Virus record (IMG/VR): IMGVR_UViG_3300049015_000016
Coordinates: 1-60,801 of that record
Length of the DNA stretch: 60,801 bases
Source: a virus
Direction: 5' to 3' (one strand)
Shown here: positions 60,334 to 60,801 of the stretch, one piece after another
How positions within the stretch are numbered: position 1 is the first letter of the stretch
Layout of the letters: each line of letters begins with the position of its first letter
The notes under the pieces: model-generated
Database searches by the model: none
What the model was told of the DNA's origin: nothing
What the model saw: only the letters and a program-made list of their open reading frames with translations
Translations under genes and position numbers: made by a program

Positions 60334-60801
60334 CTCTGGCTCCCTGTGGTTGAACTGCTCGTTGCTTGCGCTGCGCTGGCGCGCCGAACAATGCGCTGAT
60401 CAAAGGATCGCCTTGCTGCATCAGCTTGCGCTGCTTGGCGCGCTCGGCGAGCTTCGCGGCGATTTCTGCTTTGCGCCCGGTGCGCTCGTTCTTGTCGCGC
60501 CACCGCTCGTATTTCTCGCGCTGCGTGCGCGGCTTGATCTTGCACGGCGCATCCCGGCCGGGCCCGCGCTCCCACACGGCGATGAACGGTCCCGGGCTGC
60601 CGCCCAGCGTGCGCTTATACGAGCGAATGAAACACTTCTGCTGCCAGCCCTTCTCATTGACTTCCTTGCGCAATACCGCCAGGCGCTTCGTGATCGTGGT
60701 GCGCGGAATGCCGGTGCGCTCGGCGATCTGCGATTGCGTGCCCGGCATCGCGGCCAGGATCGCCTTGTCGTAGAAGTAGGACAGCGCCGACCGGAAGTTC
60801 G
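60326..60801 (-). CDS. C-terminal part of the junction-spanning Zn-ribbon/HTH protein; ends in the DPLISALFG tail
   Basis: The frame is open to the window end with no in-window stop upstream of the track start at 60748. It continues as 482..128 through the repeat. Confidence 0.7.
   Translation of the reverse strand, partial: NFRSALSYFYDKAILAAMPGTQSQIAERTGIPRTTITKRLAVLRKEVNEKGWQQKCFIRSYKRTLGGSPGPFIAVWERGPGRDAPCKIKPRTQREKYERWRDKNERTGRKAEIAAKLAERAKQRKLMQQGDPLISALFGAPAQRKQRAVQPQGARDE
60675..60801. repeat. Terminal direct repeat, right copy (identical to 1-127)
   Basis: Read directly; implies a circular or circularly permuted molecule of about 60674 bp. Confidence 0.95.

Noticed and set aside
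1-60801. Retron, diversity-generating retroelement or group II intron.
   Set aside because: No reverse-transcriptase-like ORF (no YxDD-type motif in a plausible frame) and no template/variable repeat pair were seen.

Overview
The first 127 bases are identical to the last 127, so this window is a closed, circularly permuted replicon of about 60,674 bp. It is GC-rich, roughly mid-60s percent by eye. It reads as a complete tailed-phage genome, podovirus-like in gene order, of the kind seen in high-GC Proteobacteria. There are two transcription blocks. (1) A leftward early block starts at a divergent AT-rich control region near 7.8 kb, runs down to base 1, crosses the junction and continues from 60801 to about 54.5 kb. 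It is tightly translationally coupled and carries a Cro-like HTH, a GIY-YIG/HTH fusion, several winged-helix proteins, a C5 and an N6/N4 DNA methyltransferase, a Ref-like HNH nuclease, RusA, replication-associated proteins, a DUF2493/SLOG-like protein and two gp49/66-like proteins. (2) A rightward block runs from 8.0 to 54.4 kb. It holds Rha, a RecT + PD-(D/E)XK + SMC-like ATPase recombination module, an HNH-AP2 homing endonuclease island and many small early genes. These are followed by an insulated beta-helix tailspike-like module, terminase, portal, scaffold, capsid, tail genes, an ejection-protein module ending in a 2164-aa polyvalent protein, and a holin/GH19 endolysin/spanin lysis cassette. 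I found no tRNA, rRNA, CRISPR array, integrase, reverse transcriptase or DNA polymerase. The most unusual signals are two SD-led ORFs nested in the +1 frame of the giant gene, two candidate small or structured RNAs, a 20/22-nt element shared upstream of two orphan small genes, a C-terminal DPLxxALFG tail shared by three DNA-binding proteins, and a 15 x 12-bp coding tandem repeat. All functional calls come from motif recognition by eye; no searches were run.
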